From positions 63,789 to 127,788 of the forward strand of contig DAMH01000027.1 in the NCBI GenBank assembly GCA_002499585.1: a stretch of DNA of 64,000 nt, read 5' to 3'. This document shows, piece after piece, positions 40,189 through 49,721 of this stretch. The first letter of the stretch is position 1. The number at the start of each line of letters is the position of its first letter. Source of the DNA: Euryarchaeota archaeon UBA552 (lineage in GTDB: Archaea; Thermoplasmatota; Poseidoniia; Poseidoniales; Thalassarchaeaceae). Under the pieces are notes generated by a model. That model ran no database searches, had not been told where the DNA came from, and was given only the letters and a program-made list of their open reading frames with translations. The translations under genes were made by a program, and so were the position numbers.

Positions 40189-40973
40189 ACCGATTCCTCC
40201 CCTTGGGTGATGTGAAGTCTTTGTCTATCCTGTTGGCCGATTCTGGTCATATTGAGTTGTTTGAGTGCATTGAATGTCGCTTGTGCGAAATTAATTGTCG
40301 TTCTAGTCTGGCCCGCAGTTGTGGACCAGACATCTTCAATTCCTGCTTTGCTTAGGACACGTCTTCCTGTGTCTCCGATGACGAGGCCTTTTCCGGCAGG
40401 TGCAGGCATCAGTGTTACTCGGGTTGAGCCCGATCTACCTGTTACTTTTATTGGCACGCTGCGGCCAGGGCCCTGTCCTGATTCCCAAGATCCGTTGCCT
40501 CGCATAACTGGAATCAAGCTCATCTTCGCTTTTGTGATCGCCTTTTGGATGGTGCTCGCCACTTCTTTTCCTTTGCATATTGATAGCCCTACATAGCCAT
40601 CTTGGTTACCTACGACGCAAAGTACATTGAATCTTACTCTCCTGCCGGAGTCGGTCATCCTTTGGATCATATTTACGGCAAGAACGTCCTCTTCCAAGTT
40701 GGGTATGAGTGCATCGATTATCTCAACCTCTCTTATGGGCAGTCCAGAAGAAACAGCCTGATTGTATGAGAGTATCTCACCATTCATGACCATCCTTCCT
40801 AACCTTGTCTTGGGTTCCCATTGCCTGAGTTCTGCGAATCGATCTGGCCCCCCTCGCCGCCTTGTTCCAGATTCAGTTTCTGGGGCATCTGCATATCCAA
40901 AAGCAATTGCAAGGCCAGATGCCAATGTTGGGATTTCCTCCTGATGTTCAGGGGTTTCTGTGTCGTCAGTCAT
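40185..40973 (-). CDS. rps5: 30S ribosomal protein uS5
   Basis: WEPKTRLGRMV, QRMTDSGRR, PAPAGKGLV, GQTRTTINFA. Confidence 0.96.
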   Translation of the reverse strand: MTDDTETPEHQEEIPTLASGLAIAFGYADAPETESGTRRRGGPDRFAELRQWEPKTRLGRMVMNGEILSYNQAVSSGLPIREVEIIDALIPNLEEDVLAVNMIQRMTDSGRRVRFNVLCVVGNQDGYVGLSICKGKEVASTIQKAITKAKMSLIPVMRGNGSWESGQGPGRSVPIKVTGRSGSTRVTLMPAPAGKGLVIGDTGRRVLSKAGIEDVWSTTAGQTRTTINFAQATFNALKQLNMTRIGQQDRQRLHITQGEESV

Positions 40974-41485
40974 GCGTGTTCCTCCTGAATATTCGCCTTT
41001 GTGGCCTCTACAAAAGATTTCATTTCCTCGTTTATATGTTGGCCTGTTATCCTTTCCTCTGTCGGTATTACATCTATTCCATGTGGGATGTCAAGGCCAG
41101 CATCGACCATCCCTTTCAATGCAGAGTAGACCCTATTGCCGGTTGTCGAGGCAGCAAGACCGAGGTCTAGCACTGCATTTTGGATGCCGGCTGCGAGTGC
41201 TTTCTTCCCAACTGCATACCCGGTAAGGTAGCTGGCTGGGACTGATTTGTTGGAAGCCTCAATTGGCCATCCGTATTTCTTTGTTAGAGCGGAGGATTTC
41301 ATCTCGACTATTACTTTGTCTCCGTATGTGGAGTATTCCACGAGTTGACAGGTCGTTTGTGTGTTGCTGACACGGACAACGGCACGAGGTTTACCGCCCT
41401 TCAGCATCCTGAGTCTCCTGCGGTAGTCAGTCAGCCCTTTTTCACGCCTTTTGTACCGGAGTCTCTGGTTCTTCCCTGATGGCAT
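40970..41485 (-). CDS. rpl18: 50S ribosomal protein uL18
   Basis: RRREKGLTDYRRRL, VVRVSN, YLTGY, LKGMVDAGLDIPH. Confidence 0.96.
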   Translation of the reverse strand: MPSGKNQRLRYKRREKGLTDYRRRLRMLKGGKPRAVVRVSNTQTTCQLVEYSTYGDKVIVEMKSSALTKKYGWPIEASNKSVPASYLTGYAVGKKALAAGIQNAVLDLGLAASTTGNRVYSALKGMVDAGLDIPHGIDVIPTEERITGQHINEEMKSFVEATKANIQEEHA

Positions 41486-41961
41486 TATGCTTCACCCCCG
41501 ATTTCGATACCTTCGAGTTGTATGTTGCTCTTGAGGTGGGCCACAGAACGATATGAGCCGCCTTTTGCTTTCCTGTAGAAATGACGATATTGTGAGGCCG
41601 TGATTATATCGTCAGACCTCATTTCCTTCAGAGTTCTTCGCTGAGCGCGGATTGTTTTCATCCACCTGTGTTTCTTAGGATTCCTGGCATTGGAGGTGCC
41701 CTTTCTGGATCCATGTCCCTTCCTTCTGCCCTTTGCCTTCTGAGATTCGGCCTTTCTTGCTCTGCTCCTGCTGTTGCCGACTAGAGGCTTCGCTTTGATG
41801 ATCCCATCATCAATCAATTGTCTGACGTCGTCTTTCTGGACGGCATTTGTGACATCGTCCAGATAGTCTGGATTTACCCAAATTCTGTGTATGCCTACAG
41901 TTCTACCCTCTCTGCGGGATAGTATGTCGGCAGCGAGGCGCTTTTGATTCGAGATGATCAT
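41485..41961 (-). CDS. rpl19e: 50S ribosomal protein eL19
   Basis: QKRLAADIL, RIWVNP, GRRKGHGSRKG, YRKAKGG. Confidence 0.96.
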   Translation of the reverse strand: MIISNQKRLAADILSRREGRTVGIHRIWVNPDYLDDVTNAVQKDDVRQLIDDGIIKAKPLVGNSRSRARKAESQKAKGRRKGHGSRKGTSNARNPKKHRWMKTIRAQRRTLKEMRSDDIITASQYRHFYRKAKGGSYRSVAHLKSNIQLEGIEIGGEA

Positions 41962-42641
41962 CTTAGGTCACCTTTCCTCTGTATTCTTCGCCTGTTGAGA
42001 ACCCTAAGACCGAGTTGGTCTGCTCTGTTGTGGATAACGGTCCTTTTCCGATTACCAACCCCTGCGCCGATTCTTACCGCCTGCTTTTCTGGATCTAAAT
42101 TATCTAGTTGATCAGGAGTGTTGACCAAGATCTCTTCAAACCCTGATGGGTGAAGTCCTCTGACAGAGGCTACTTTCCTGTGGCCGACTCTTACCATGGG
42201 TGTTCTGTATTTCATGTTGAGCCTCTGTTTAGATTGGTATCCCTTGGGCTTTCTCCAACCAGTCCTTGCTAGTCGGTAGTATCGATACCATTCCTGGCGT
42301 CTGAATTTCGGCATGGAGGACCTTTGTGATTTTCTGAGGGCCAGATCTTGTTTCGTTAGATCATCGAGGATGGGTTTTTGTCTGGATTTGTGTTCTTCTT
42401 CGTCGTCCCAGTCATCCTCGAAGAAATCTTCATCAAACTCGTCTGAGTCTTGCATGTCGAACTCCTCGGTAACAAGATCGTCCTGTTTGTCGAGTTCTTC
42501 CATTTCTCCTTCCTTCACAGGGGCATCACCATCACTTTGAGAGAGCCTTTCGATCAACTCAGCTTTCTTACCACCGAGCTTCAAACCTCTGTCGCGAAGT
42601 AGGTCTTTCAATTCAGAAACCGTCATTGATTTGTAGTCCAT
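41958..42641 (-). CDS. rpl32e: 50S ribosomal protein eL32 with N-terminal SAP domain and acidic linker
   Basis: C-terminal FRRQEWYRY..WRKPKG..SKQR, RGLHPSG, AVRIGAGVG; N-terminal MTVSELKDLLRDRGLKLGGKKAELIERL. Confidence 0.95.
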   Translation of the reverse strand: MDYKSMTVSELKDLLRDRGLKLGGKKAELIERLSQSDGDAPVKEGEMEELDKQDDLVTEEFDMQDSDEFDEDFFEDDWDDEEEHKSRQKPILDDLTKQDLALRKSQRSSMPKFRRQEWYRYYRLARTGWRKPKGYQSKQRLNMKYRTPMVRVGHRKVASVRGLHPSGFEEILVNTPDQLDNLDPEKQAVRIGAGVGNRKRTVIHNRADQLGLRVLNRRRIQRKGDLR

Positions 42642-42646
42642 ATTAT

Positions 42647-43201
42647 TCACTCTCCGCCTTTAGAAACAATGTATATGCCGTCTTGAAAGACTCTCCTGTC
42701 TCTCTTTTTTATTTTGCATGCCCTCTCGATGTTAGCGGCTGTCTGGCCTACTTTCTCCCTGTCTGAACCCGATACGATTACGTCTGTTTTGTTCTCCACA
42801 GTTACTTTCACATCTGATGGGCTCCAAGGCAGTGGTGCCTTTCTGGGGACCTTTTCTCCAAACAGATTTGTAATTGTCATGGTGTTGCCGTCGACCTTTA
42901 GTGTCATAGGAAAGTGTGAATAAACTGCCTTGAGTTTGTAGGTGAATCCTGAATCTATGCCCCTTATCATGTTCTTAATGTGTGCTGCCCAGGTACCAGC
43001 GACAGCCTTGTGCTTTCTTCTAGGAAGGTCGCAGAAGACCTTTACCTCGATATCGGAAGTGCTTACAGAAATTCTCGAATGCCTAAACTCCCTCGTGATT
43101 TTCGAATCTCCTTTGCTCACAACCAGGATGTCCCCGTCTTTGGAGGCGCTGACGCCCTCGGGAAGGGGTATGTTGTGTGTGATACTATCTAGTAATGGCA
43201 T
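42647..43201 (-). CDS. rpl6: 50S ribosomal protein uL6
   Basis: IPLPEGV, VYSHFPM, NLFGEK, VGQTAANIE, RDRRVFQDGIY. Confidence 0.96.
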   Translation of the reverse strand: MPLLDSITHNIPLPEGVSASKDGDILVVSKGDSKITREFRHSRISVSTSDIEVKVFCDLPRRKHKAVAGTWAAHIKNMIRGIDSGFTYKLKAVYSHFPMTLKVDGNTMTITNLFGEKVPRKAPLPWSPSDVKVTVENKTDVIVSGSDREKVGQTAANIERACKIKKRDRRVFQDGIYIVSKGGE

Positions 43202-43218
43202 GATTAATCCTCCTTCAT

Positions 43219-43611
43219 TCAGAAAATATACGCGAGCAGTCGGCCGCCGACACGCTCTTTCTTCGCATCGTGGTGATTCATAACTCCTTGATTAGTCGAA
43301 ACGATTAGCAAGCCGAAGTCCCTTGCTGGCAAGTATCTTGATTCCCACTTGTCGAAATCAGCCCTCTTTACTGAGTGTCTTGGTTTGATAACACCGCATC
43401 GGTTTATGGCTCCTACGAGCTCGACTCGGAAAGAGTCCCCTCTACCGTCAGCCACTCTTTCAAATTCCCCAACATATCCTGAAGACTGCATGATTGAAAG
43501 CATGCTTTCCAAAAGTTTGCTGGCTGGATGGATCGATACCTCGTAGTGGCCCGCTTGTTCCGCATTGAATATTCGCACAAAGGCATCAGATAATGGGTCA
43601 AATTGCATCAT
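43219..43611 (-). CDS. rps8: 30S ribosomal protein uS8
   Basis: DPLSDA, INRCGVIKPR, LPARDFGLLIVSTNQGVM. Confidence 0.96.
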   Translation of the reverse strand: MMQFDPLSDAFVRIFNAEQAGHYEVSIHPASKLLESMLSIMQSSGYVGEFERVADGRGDSFRVELVGAINRCGVIKPRHSVKRADFDKWESRYLPARDFGLLIVSTNQGVMNHHDAKKERVGGRLLAYIF

Positions 43612-43617
43612 ATCACC

Positions 43618-43770
43618 TCAATTAAATTTCTTGAATCCTATTTCTGGGGCCATGTCGCGAAAGCATTGTCGGCAAAGACGAAGACCATGTCTCCGAATCA
43701 TGCCTCTTTTCCTTCCACAGCGCCTACATCCGATGGTTCGCCCTATTTCTTCCCCATGTTCACGTGCCAT
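43618..43770 (-). CDS. rps14: 30S ribosomal protein uS14 (type Z); missing from the ORF track
   Basis: Hand translation [50 protein letters not shown] (50 aa, CxxC/CxxC), in the canonical position between rpl5 and rps8. Confidence 0.95.
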   Translation of the reverse strand: MAREHGEEIGRTIGCRRCGRKRGMIRRHGLRLCRQCFRDMAPEIGFKKFN

Positions 43771-43773
43771 TTT

Positions 43774-44301
43774 TCACTCCTCCAGTATTGTTATGCCAAA
43801 CGTGTCCTTGACCCATGATTTGCATTCTTCCCTTGAGACTCTGTGTTGCACAGGGAGCCTGCTGGAAGCTTTTCTTCTTCGCTGGACTCTGTGTCCTGGC
43901 CTCTCAAGCACCACATTGACATCGAGACCAAAGATACCAATGTCAGGGTCGTACTTCATCTCCGGGAAGTCAGTGTAATCTGCTATGCCAAAGGATAAGT
44001 TCCCTGAATCATCGAATGACCATTCTTGGATGGTATTCTCTCTGACCCACAGGGCATTCTTCAGGAATTCATGTACTTTCTCTGAGTCTCTGATAGTCAC
44101 CTTACACCCGATGGGGGCACCTATTCTTGTTCCCAAGTCTCTGTTGGTTTTCCTTGATAAGGTCCGAACAGGTTTTTGTTTTGTCAGGGATTCTAGGACC
44201 TTTTCAGCCAGAAGGAGTCTGTTGCCACCCTCTCCGACGCCGATGTTCACCGTGACCTTTGTGATCCTTGGCTTTAGCATTGGGTTTGATTCTGCACTCA
44301 T
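43774..44301 (-). CDS. rpl5: 50S ribosomal protein uL5
   Basis: NPMLKPRITKVTVNIGVGEGG, GNLSFGI, YDPDIGIFGLD. Confidence 0.97.
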   Translation of the reverse strand: MSAESNPMLKPRITKVTVNIGVGEGGNRLLLAEKVLESLTKQKPVRTLSRKTNRDLGTRIGAPIGCKVTIRDSEKVHEFLKNALWVRENTIQEWSFDDSGNLSFGIADYTDFPEMKYDPDIGIFGLDVNVVLERPGHRVQRRRKASSRLPVQHRVSREECKSWVKDTFGITILEE

Positions 44302-44996
44302 GAAGACACCTCCAGTGGCAGGCTCTTTTTGTCGGGTATCACAAATGCGTATGCTGCTATAGTCCCAAAGCCGTCCAGCAAAACCTCGTTTGGCTTAGAC
44401 GATCTCTTGATGTCTATGTTCTTTATCTCGGATGTCTCACCCACGTGTGATCCGCCGGTTAGATAGGCCGTAGAGCCTACTTCGAAACTGAGATGTTCTT
44501 TGACCTGCTGGTCGGGTATGGAAATTACCAGCGTGTCGCCGGTCGAGTAAACATTTGCTTCTTCCATCTTCACGGTACGACCGTCATGGAGGGTGTACTG
44601 TGTCAAACCGCCCTTGATCGTGGTTTTCTTGATTATCCTGCACAATTTAGTCGTAGCTGCCTTTTTTGTGATCGATCTGTATCTCAATTTCCCATTGGTG
44701 TCCAGTACACATCTGTAGTGTTCATCACCGACAGTTAAGACATCCATGAGTCCAACCGCACGGGAATGTTTCACCACAACTCTTCCGTCCACCATAACGC
44801 TTCTCGTTGAAAGTATCCTCTTGGATTCCCTTTGACTTCTGGAGAGCGACAATACGTCCCGGAGTATTATCCCGATCGGCATACACATTTCAAGAGGGTG
44901 TCCAGAGGGGTCTGGCTTCTGCACCCAAACATCCGTTTTCCTCGGTAACGGCCATGTTCTGGGCATTGTGAGTCTCTTCATGTGGCTGCTGCTCAT
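44298..44996 (-). CDS. rps4e: 30S ribosomal protein eS4
   Basis: HMKRLTMPRTW, VMVDGRV, VGLMDV, KLCRI, LTGGSHVG. Confidence 0.96.
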   Translation of the reverse strand: MSSSHMKRLTMPRTWPLPRKTDVWVQKPDPSGHPLEMCMPIGIILRDVLSLSRSQRESKRILSTRSVMVDGRVVVKHSRAVGLMDVLTVGDEHYRCVLDTNGKLRYRSITKKAATTKLCRIIKKTTIKGGLTQYTLHDGRTVKMEEANVYSTGDTLVISIPDQQVKEHLSFEVGSTAYLTGGSHVGETSEIKNIDIKRSSKPNEVLLDGFGTIAAYAFVIPDKKSLPLEVSS

Positions 44997-45430
44997 TCTG
45001 AAATCCCTCCTTTTGCTCGCTCAAGAATCCTGCTGATTCGTAGGGGATCGGTGTCATCAAGTGAAACTACGACTATGTTGGAGGCATGAATTGGAAGTGG
45101 CTCTTCTTTCCCGTCTGCTGTTGTGATTGAGACCCCGTCTACGTGTACTGTGCCCGACCCAGTGTTGACCTGAACTATTTTTGCCCTGATTCCACTTTTT
45201 CCTCTTGCCTGTCCGAGTCTTTTGCCGCGGGAGTCAGGCTTTGCGGAGTTCGGGCTGCCGAAATCCCCTCTGAGAACCTCGACTTCATCTCCGACTCGAA
45301 CTGTTACTGTCCTCACACCGGCAAGATCAGGATCCTCTGTCCTGAGTCTTGATCTTATCCTCTTTCTCTTAATGTGAAGAGGTGCGTTGTGTTGTGCCTT
45401 TCTCTGTTTGCCTGGTTGTTTGCTTGACAT
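44993..45430 (-). CDS. rpl24: 50S ribosomal protein uL24
   Basis: SKQPGKQRKAQHNAPLH, VRVGDEVEVLRGD, PIHASN. Confidence 0.95.
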   Translation of the reverse strand: MSSKQPGKQRKAQHNAPLHIKRKRIRSRLRTEDPDLAGVRTVTVRVGDEVEVLRGDFGSPNSAKPDSRGKRLGQARGKSGIRAKIVQVNTGSGTVHVDGVSITTADGKEEPLPIHASNIVVVSLDDTDPLRISRILERAKGGISE

Positions 45431-45442
45431 ATCTCCACCTCC

Positions 45443-45841
45443 TCATACTATCTGTTTGGCCGTTGCTGCTATCCTTGGCCACCTTTCTGCAGCTTCCCTG
45501 CTGACCGGCCCTTTGATATCGGAACCACGTAACTCCCCTTTTTCGTTGGTTATCACGCATGCGTTGTCCTCAAAGGAAACCCATGTGCCGTCGACCCTCC
45601 TGAAGGGTCTCTTTTGCCTTATGATTACTGCTGTGAATATCTGCCGCCGGGTTTCTGGTGTGCCACGGCGGACGGTGACTCTGATTAGGTCCCCTACCCC
45701 GGCAGCAGGAAGTCTCCTTGCAACGCCTCCTTTCCTGAGAACGTTCATCAGTTGTACGATTTTGGCCCCGGTGTTGTCCGCACAGTCCATTCTGGCCTGT
45801 GTTGGAAGCGCGTCGGTGACTGAACTAGATATTCCTTTCAT
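45443..45841 (-). CDS. rpl14: 50S ribosomal protein uL14
   Basis: CADNTGAK, AGVGD, FEDNACV, GPVSREAAERWPRIA. Confidence 0.97.
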   Translation of the reverse strand: MKGISSSVTDALPTQARMDCADNTGAKIVQLMNVLRKGGVARRLPAAGVGDLIRVTVRRGTPETRRQIFTAVIIRQKRPFRRVDGTWVSFEDNACVITNEKGELRGSDIKGPVSREAAERWPRIAATAKQIV

Positions 45842-46182
45842 TCAGATACCCCCTTTTCTATCACGCAGAATTTGATTGTCTTGGACAGCGGTTTGCATTC
45901 CATGATGCGGACTTTGTCTCCGACTGCAACCCCGCCGATGCACGAGGGAAGATGAGCAGAGTATCTGTGGGTCCTCTTTTGATATCGCTCATACTTTGGC
46001 ATGTAACGTGTGGTTTCTCGTTCGAGAACCACTGACCCTGTCATACCCTCGGCAGAAACTATTTTTCCTTCTATTATCTGTCCTCTGACCCTCAGGGTCC
46101 CATAGAAAGGGCAGTTCTCATTTCCATCCCATTCCCCCGCAGGAGTGCTAACGTCGATTCCGATATCTCTAATATTTCCCAT
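45838..46182 (-). CDS. rps17: 30S ribosomal protein uS17
   Basis: CPFYGTLRVRG, KYERY, ECKPLSKT. Confidence 0.96.
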   Translation of the reverse strand: MGNIRDIGIDVSTPAGEWDGNENCPFYGTLRVRGQIIEGKIVSAEGMTGSVVLERETTRYMPKYERYQKRTHRYSAHLPSCIGGVAVGDKVRIMECKPLSKTIKFCVIEKGVSE

Positions 46183-46442
46183 CAGCGTTTCCTCCTGTTT
46201 CTTCGAGCCACCCTATCTTCTGGTCTTTGGGTGACTTTGGATCCTTCGATTATGAAATCGTCTCCATCGAGTTTGAAGGAAATGATGTTTTTGGCGATTA
46301 CGTGAACTCCTTTGGGGGATCTGACTCTCAAGGTACGTTTAGTTTCATCAACTATCATTCCTTCTAGCCCAATCAGGCCGCGGTCTGTGGAGCCCACTAC
46401 GGTGATTGTCCGTGCGAGCCACGGTTGATTTAATGGGCTCAT
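46182..46442 (-). CDS. rnp1: Ribonuclease P protein subunit Rpp29 (Pop4 homolog)
   Basis: GLEGMIVDETKRTL, G..V..RPEDR; canonical position; ATG 46442 overlaps the SUI1 stop. Confidence 0.88.
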   Translation of the reverse strand: MSPLNQPWLARTITVVGSTDRGLIGLEGMIVDETKRTLRVRSPKGVHVIAKNIISFKLDGDDFIIEGSKVTQRPEDRVARRNRRKR

Positions 46443-46741
46443 CAGCGCACCTCCACTCTGTAGCCATTCTGTTCCAAAACTTTGGCAGCTCTTTTTTTGT
46501 GCTCTCCTTGGAGCTCGATGGTTCGGCCCTTGACCGTTCCGCCGCTTGCGCACGCAGATTTCAGGGTCTTAGCAAGGTGGTTTATGTCGATGGCCGCGTC
46601 ATCTATTCCGTCTACTATTGTGACCATCTTACCGTACCTCCTTCTTGCTGTTGATATGACTGCTGTTTGTTGCTCTTTTGCTATCTCCTGACATATGCAT
46701 AATTCCTCTGGTAGACCACATAAATTGCAAATCCCTGCCAT
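46442..46741 (-). CDS. sui1: Translation factor SUI1/aIF1
   Basis: CNLCGLPEELC, RRRYGKMVTIV, ACASGGTVK..IELQGEH. Confidence 0.95.
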   Translation of the reverse strand: MAGICNLCGLPEELCICQEIAKEQQTAVISTARRRYGKMVTIVDGIDDAAIDINHLAKTLKSACASGGTVKGRTIELQGEHKKRAAKVLEQNGYRVEVR

Positions 46742-46748
46742 CTGGGCT

Positions 46749-46952
46749 CTACTCCTTCCTCTCTTTGTTGATGCTTGTCAACAACCTTGCTATGCTTCTT
46801 CGAGTTTGCTTAAATTCGCCAGGGTTGGATGAGGAGCCTCCCAAGGCTTGTTGGGCACGTAGTTGGAGTAACTCCTCTCTGAGCTCTTCGAGTCTGCGCA
46901 GCATTTGCTCGAGTGACATCTTGTCTATTTCGTGCATGGATAGGTGGCTCAT
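46749..46952 (-). CDS. rpl29: 50S ribosomal protein uL29
   Basis: MSHLSMHEIDKMS...NPGEFKQTRRSIARLLT; ATG 46952 behind GGAGGAGTGA. Confidence 0.93.
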   Translation of the reverse strand: MSHLSMHEIDKMSLEQMLRRLEELREELLQLRAQQALGGSSSNPGEFKQTRRSIARLLTSINKERKE

Positions 46953-46953
46953 A

Positions 46954-47649
46954 TCACTCCTCCTCCCCTTGTTTTTTGTCCACATCCGACGAATCTTCTG
47001 TGTTCCATGCCACATCCTCGACAACTGGTGGCAACCCTGCCTCTGCTCTTTCTCTGATGATGATTTCATGCGGAAGCCGAGTTCCGGGGCGCATAATCCT
47101 CACTGTGCATCCAACCGTTCCCAGTTTCTTTACAGCAGTGGCAAATCCACTTTCCATGACATCTAGTGCTGTCTGCCCACAATACTTGATGTGGCCTTTC
47201 TGGAATTTCTGAACTCGGTGTCTCGCTCCCGTAATTTTACCACTCAATATCACGAGGCACCCTCTTGCACCGGCATCCATTATGTTTTGAACTGTGCCAT
47301 GGCCTGCCCTTCTGAAGAACCACCCACGCTCAAGAGAGCTTGCAAGCCTGCTCGCCATAATTTGAGGGTTGAGTCTTGGTTCCTCTATTTCTTCAACCTG
47401 CAACTGTGGTTGGAACAAATCGAAATCGTTCCTCAAACGCTCATTCAACTCACGAATTGTTTTGCCCCTTCTTCCGTAGACTCTTCCGACCATCTCAGCC
47501 TGTATAGTTACCTCAGTTCCCTCCGGCGTCCTGTTGAACTTGAGTCCTCCGTAGCCTGCTCTCTCTGTTTCCCTGAGTAAGTATTCCCGCACTAGTTCCC
47601 TCTCGACATTGCGATGGATTGTTTTACGGATTGTGTTCTGTTTGGCCAT
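46954..47649 (-). CDS. rps3: 30S ribosomal protein uS3
   Basis: RAGYGG, RVYGRRGKTI, LERGWFFRRAG, IMDAGARG, GKITGAR. Confidence 0.96.
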   Translation of the reverse strand: MAKQNTIRKTIHRNVERELVREYLLRETERAGYGGLKFNRTPEGTEVTIQAEMVGRVYGRRGKTIRELNERLRNDFDLFQPQLQVEEIEEPRLNPQIMASRLASSLERGWFFRRAGHGTVQNIMDAGARGCLVILSGKITGARHRVQKFQKGHIKYCGQTALDVMESGFATAVKKLGTVGCTVRIMRPGTRLPHEIIIRERAEAGLPPVVEDVAWNTEDSSDVDKKQGEEE

Positions 47650-47658
47650 AATAATCCC

Positions 47659-48183
47659 TCAGAATTCATCTTCCTCTTCGGTCTCTCCGAAATGCTCGAG
47701 AAATATCTCGAGGTTTACTTGATAGTGGTTTTTTGGAGTCGCACGGCCACGTGCTCTTGGTCTAAAGCCGCGTGATATTTGACCACGATGTGCAGCGATA
47801 TGGGTGATTACCATCTCTTCAGGGTCAATGGTATCATAGCGTTGTCTGGCATTGTCCATTGCGCTGTTTATGAGGCGTATGAATTCCTTTGATGCCTTGT
47901 ATGGGTATGCTCCTGGCCCCATTTTCCCTTTCCTGTGTCCGGCCATTGTGTTGCCGCCCTTTCCCTTCCTAGACCTTCTCGTGTAGGGGATTGCTGCTTG
48001 TTTCTTTGTCACTTTTTCTAGGTGTTCAATGGCCTGAACAGTCGTTTTACCTCGTATGAATTTGGCGATTTGATAACAGTGTTTGTGATGGACGTCTACA
48101 TTCACCGATCTCGCGGTGGTTAGGTATGAGCCCTCGAGCAGTTGGGTGTAACCGCTTTGTGGTTGTCCTTGTTTTCTGCTCAT
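47659..48183 (-). CDS. rpl22: 50S ribosomal protein uL22
   Basis: GAYPYKA, NARQ, HIAAHRG, PRARGRATP; ATG 48183. Confidence 0.94.
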   Translation of the reverse strand: MSRKQGQPQSGYTQLLEGSYLTTARSVNVDVHHKHCYQIAKFIRGKTTVQAIEHLEKVTKKQAAIPYTRRSRKGKGGNTMAGHRKGKMGPGAYPYKASKEFIRLINSAMDNARQRYDTIDPEEMVITHIAAHRGQISRGFRPRARGRATPKNHYQVNLEIFLEHFGETEEEDEF

Positions 48184-48193
48184 ATATCTCACC

Positions 48194-48685
48194 TCACTTC
48201 AACGCTACGTGCTTGGATGAACGGGTAGCTCCCACACCCGGGCCTGTGTGTTTCACAGATTTTCTTGTCGGGGCATATTCCCCCATTGCATGACCTATCA
48301 TTTCTGGCTGTATGTCAACCTTTACGAATTGCCTTCCGTCGTGTACTCCGACTGTCCTGCCGACCATTGATGGGACTATGTACATTCCACGACAGTGAGT
48401 ACGGATAAAGCCGGTTGTCTTGTCAAACTTGTCCAACAGCTTCTCACAATCCTCGGAGAGGCCGCGGGCGTAAGAGCGTCTGGCCCTTGAGGGTAACAAG
48501 GCCACTATACTCAGTGAGTCTGGGTCGTCATCCGGGGGATAAAGGGGCATTTCTCTCAGTTGGTCCATGGAATAGCCCCTCCACAGAAATTCTTTTTTGC
48601 GTCTTTCGGCGACGGTTGATCTTCTCTTCCTAGCTTGGCGCCTAGCAAGTTTGGGGGACCGGAAAACTTTCTTTGATCGTGCCAT
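48194..48685 (-). CDS. rps19: 30S ribosomal protein uS19
   Basis: FLWRGYSMDQL, RTHCRGM, PEMIGHAMGEYAPTR, PGVGATRSSKHVALK. Confidence 0.96.
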   Translation of the reverse strand: MARSKKVFRSPKLARRQARKRRSTVAERRKKEFLWRGYSMDQLREMPLYPPDDDPDSLSIVALLPSRARRSYARGLSEDCEKLLDKFDKTTGFIRTHCRGMYIVPSMVGRTVGVHDGRQFVKVDIQPEMIGHAMGEYAPTRKSVKHTGPGVGATRSSKHVALK

Positions 48686-48694
48686 GATAATACC

Positions 48695-49411
48695 TCACTC
48701 CTTCCTTACCCTTCCTCGCCCGGTTCGGCTGGGTGCGATGTGTCCTACCTTCTGGCCTGGAGGTGCTGTACGAGGAACAGAGTTGGGTCCGTGAACGGCC
48801 TGATGGTTGCCGCCGCCATGGGGGTGATCAACAGGATTCATCGCCACTCCGCTGACAGTTGGGTACAATTTACCTCGTGCTTTGGCCCTTTTATGCGCCG
48901 CCCCAGCTTTCATGATTGGTTTCTCGGTGCGGCCATGTCCGGCCAGAACGCCAATTGTTGCTCTGCAAGATGCTGGCAAGTCTTTCAATCTGCCACTTGG
49001 GAGTCTTACCCGAACCTTGTTGCCCATTCTAGTGTCAACGAAGGCTGAGTTTCCTCCGGATCGCGCGAATTTACCCCCGTCCCCGGGTCTTGCTTCAACA
49101 TTGCATACTGGAGTGCCCTCTGGAATTTTATCCAGCATGGTAACATTGCCGGGTCTGAGTGTGACTTTTGAGGAAAAGGCAATCTTTTGGCCAATGCTGA
49201 TACCGTCGGGTGCGCCCATGTGGCCCAGTGTTCCATCTTCGAATCGTACCTTAGCGAGAGGAGCAGTGTGTGCTGGGCTGTGAACAAGGTCGATTACCTC
49301 GGCCATTTGCTCTGATACCCTGGGAAGGGAGTTCGCTGCTGGGAATCTGTGGCTGGCTACTCTGTTCTTGGGGCTTGATCCACGACGTTGCGAGCGAGTC
49401 CTCTTACCCAT
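48695..49411 (-). CDS. rpl2: 50S ribosomal protein uL2
   Basis: MGKR..SQRRG, RSGGNSA, GVAMNPVDHPHGGG, PPGQKVGHIA. Confidence 0.97.
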   Translation of the reverse strand: MGKRTRSQRRGSSPKNRVASHRFPAANSLPRVSEQMAEVIDLVHSPAHTAPLAKVRFEDGTLGHMGAPDGISIGQKIAFSSKVTLRPGNVTMLDKIPEGTPVCNVEARPGDGGKFARSGGNSAFVDTRMGNKVRVRLPSGRLKDLPASCRATIGVLAGHGRTEKPIMKAGAAHKRAKARGKLYPTVSGVAMNPVDHPHGGGNHQAVHGPNSVPRTAPPGQKVGHIAPSRTGRGRVRKE

Positions 49412-49425
49412 GTCAATCACCCAGA

Positions 49426-49716
49426 TCAGAACGCTCCCAACTTCAACGCAGCTTCTTCTGCATCGTATCCTTCTGCTAGCCTCACACTCGCGTGTTTGCC
49501 AGTTCTTGTGATTTTCGTGTTTACTTTTGCCACTTTAACATCCAATAATGACTCTACTGCAGCCTTGATTTGTGGTTTCGTGGATTCTCTTCTGACGATG
49601 AACTCCAACCTGTTGCTGTTTTGTTGCCTTCTATCATCTCCGTCAGATACTCTACGTGCGTCGAGTGTCTTCTCTGTGATCCATGGCATCTGGATTATGG
49701 AATAGGGGTCTTTCAT
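49426..49716 (-). CDS. rpl23: 50S ribosomal protein uL23
   Basis: PWITEK, LEFIV, KPQIKAAVE, VNTKIT..GK.A.V.L. Confidence 0.95.
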   Translation of the reverse strand: MKDPYSIIQMPWITEKTLDARRVSDGDDRRQQNSNRLEFIVRRESTKPQIKAAVESLLDVKVAKVNTKITRTGKHASVRLAEGYDAEEAALKLGAF

Positions 49717-49721
49717 TTCTT

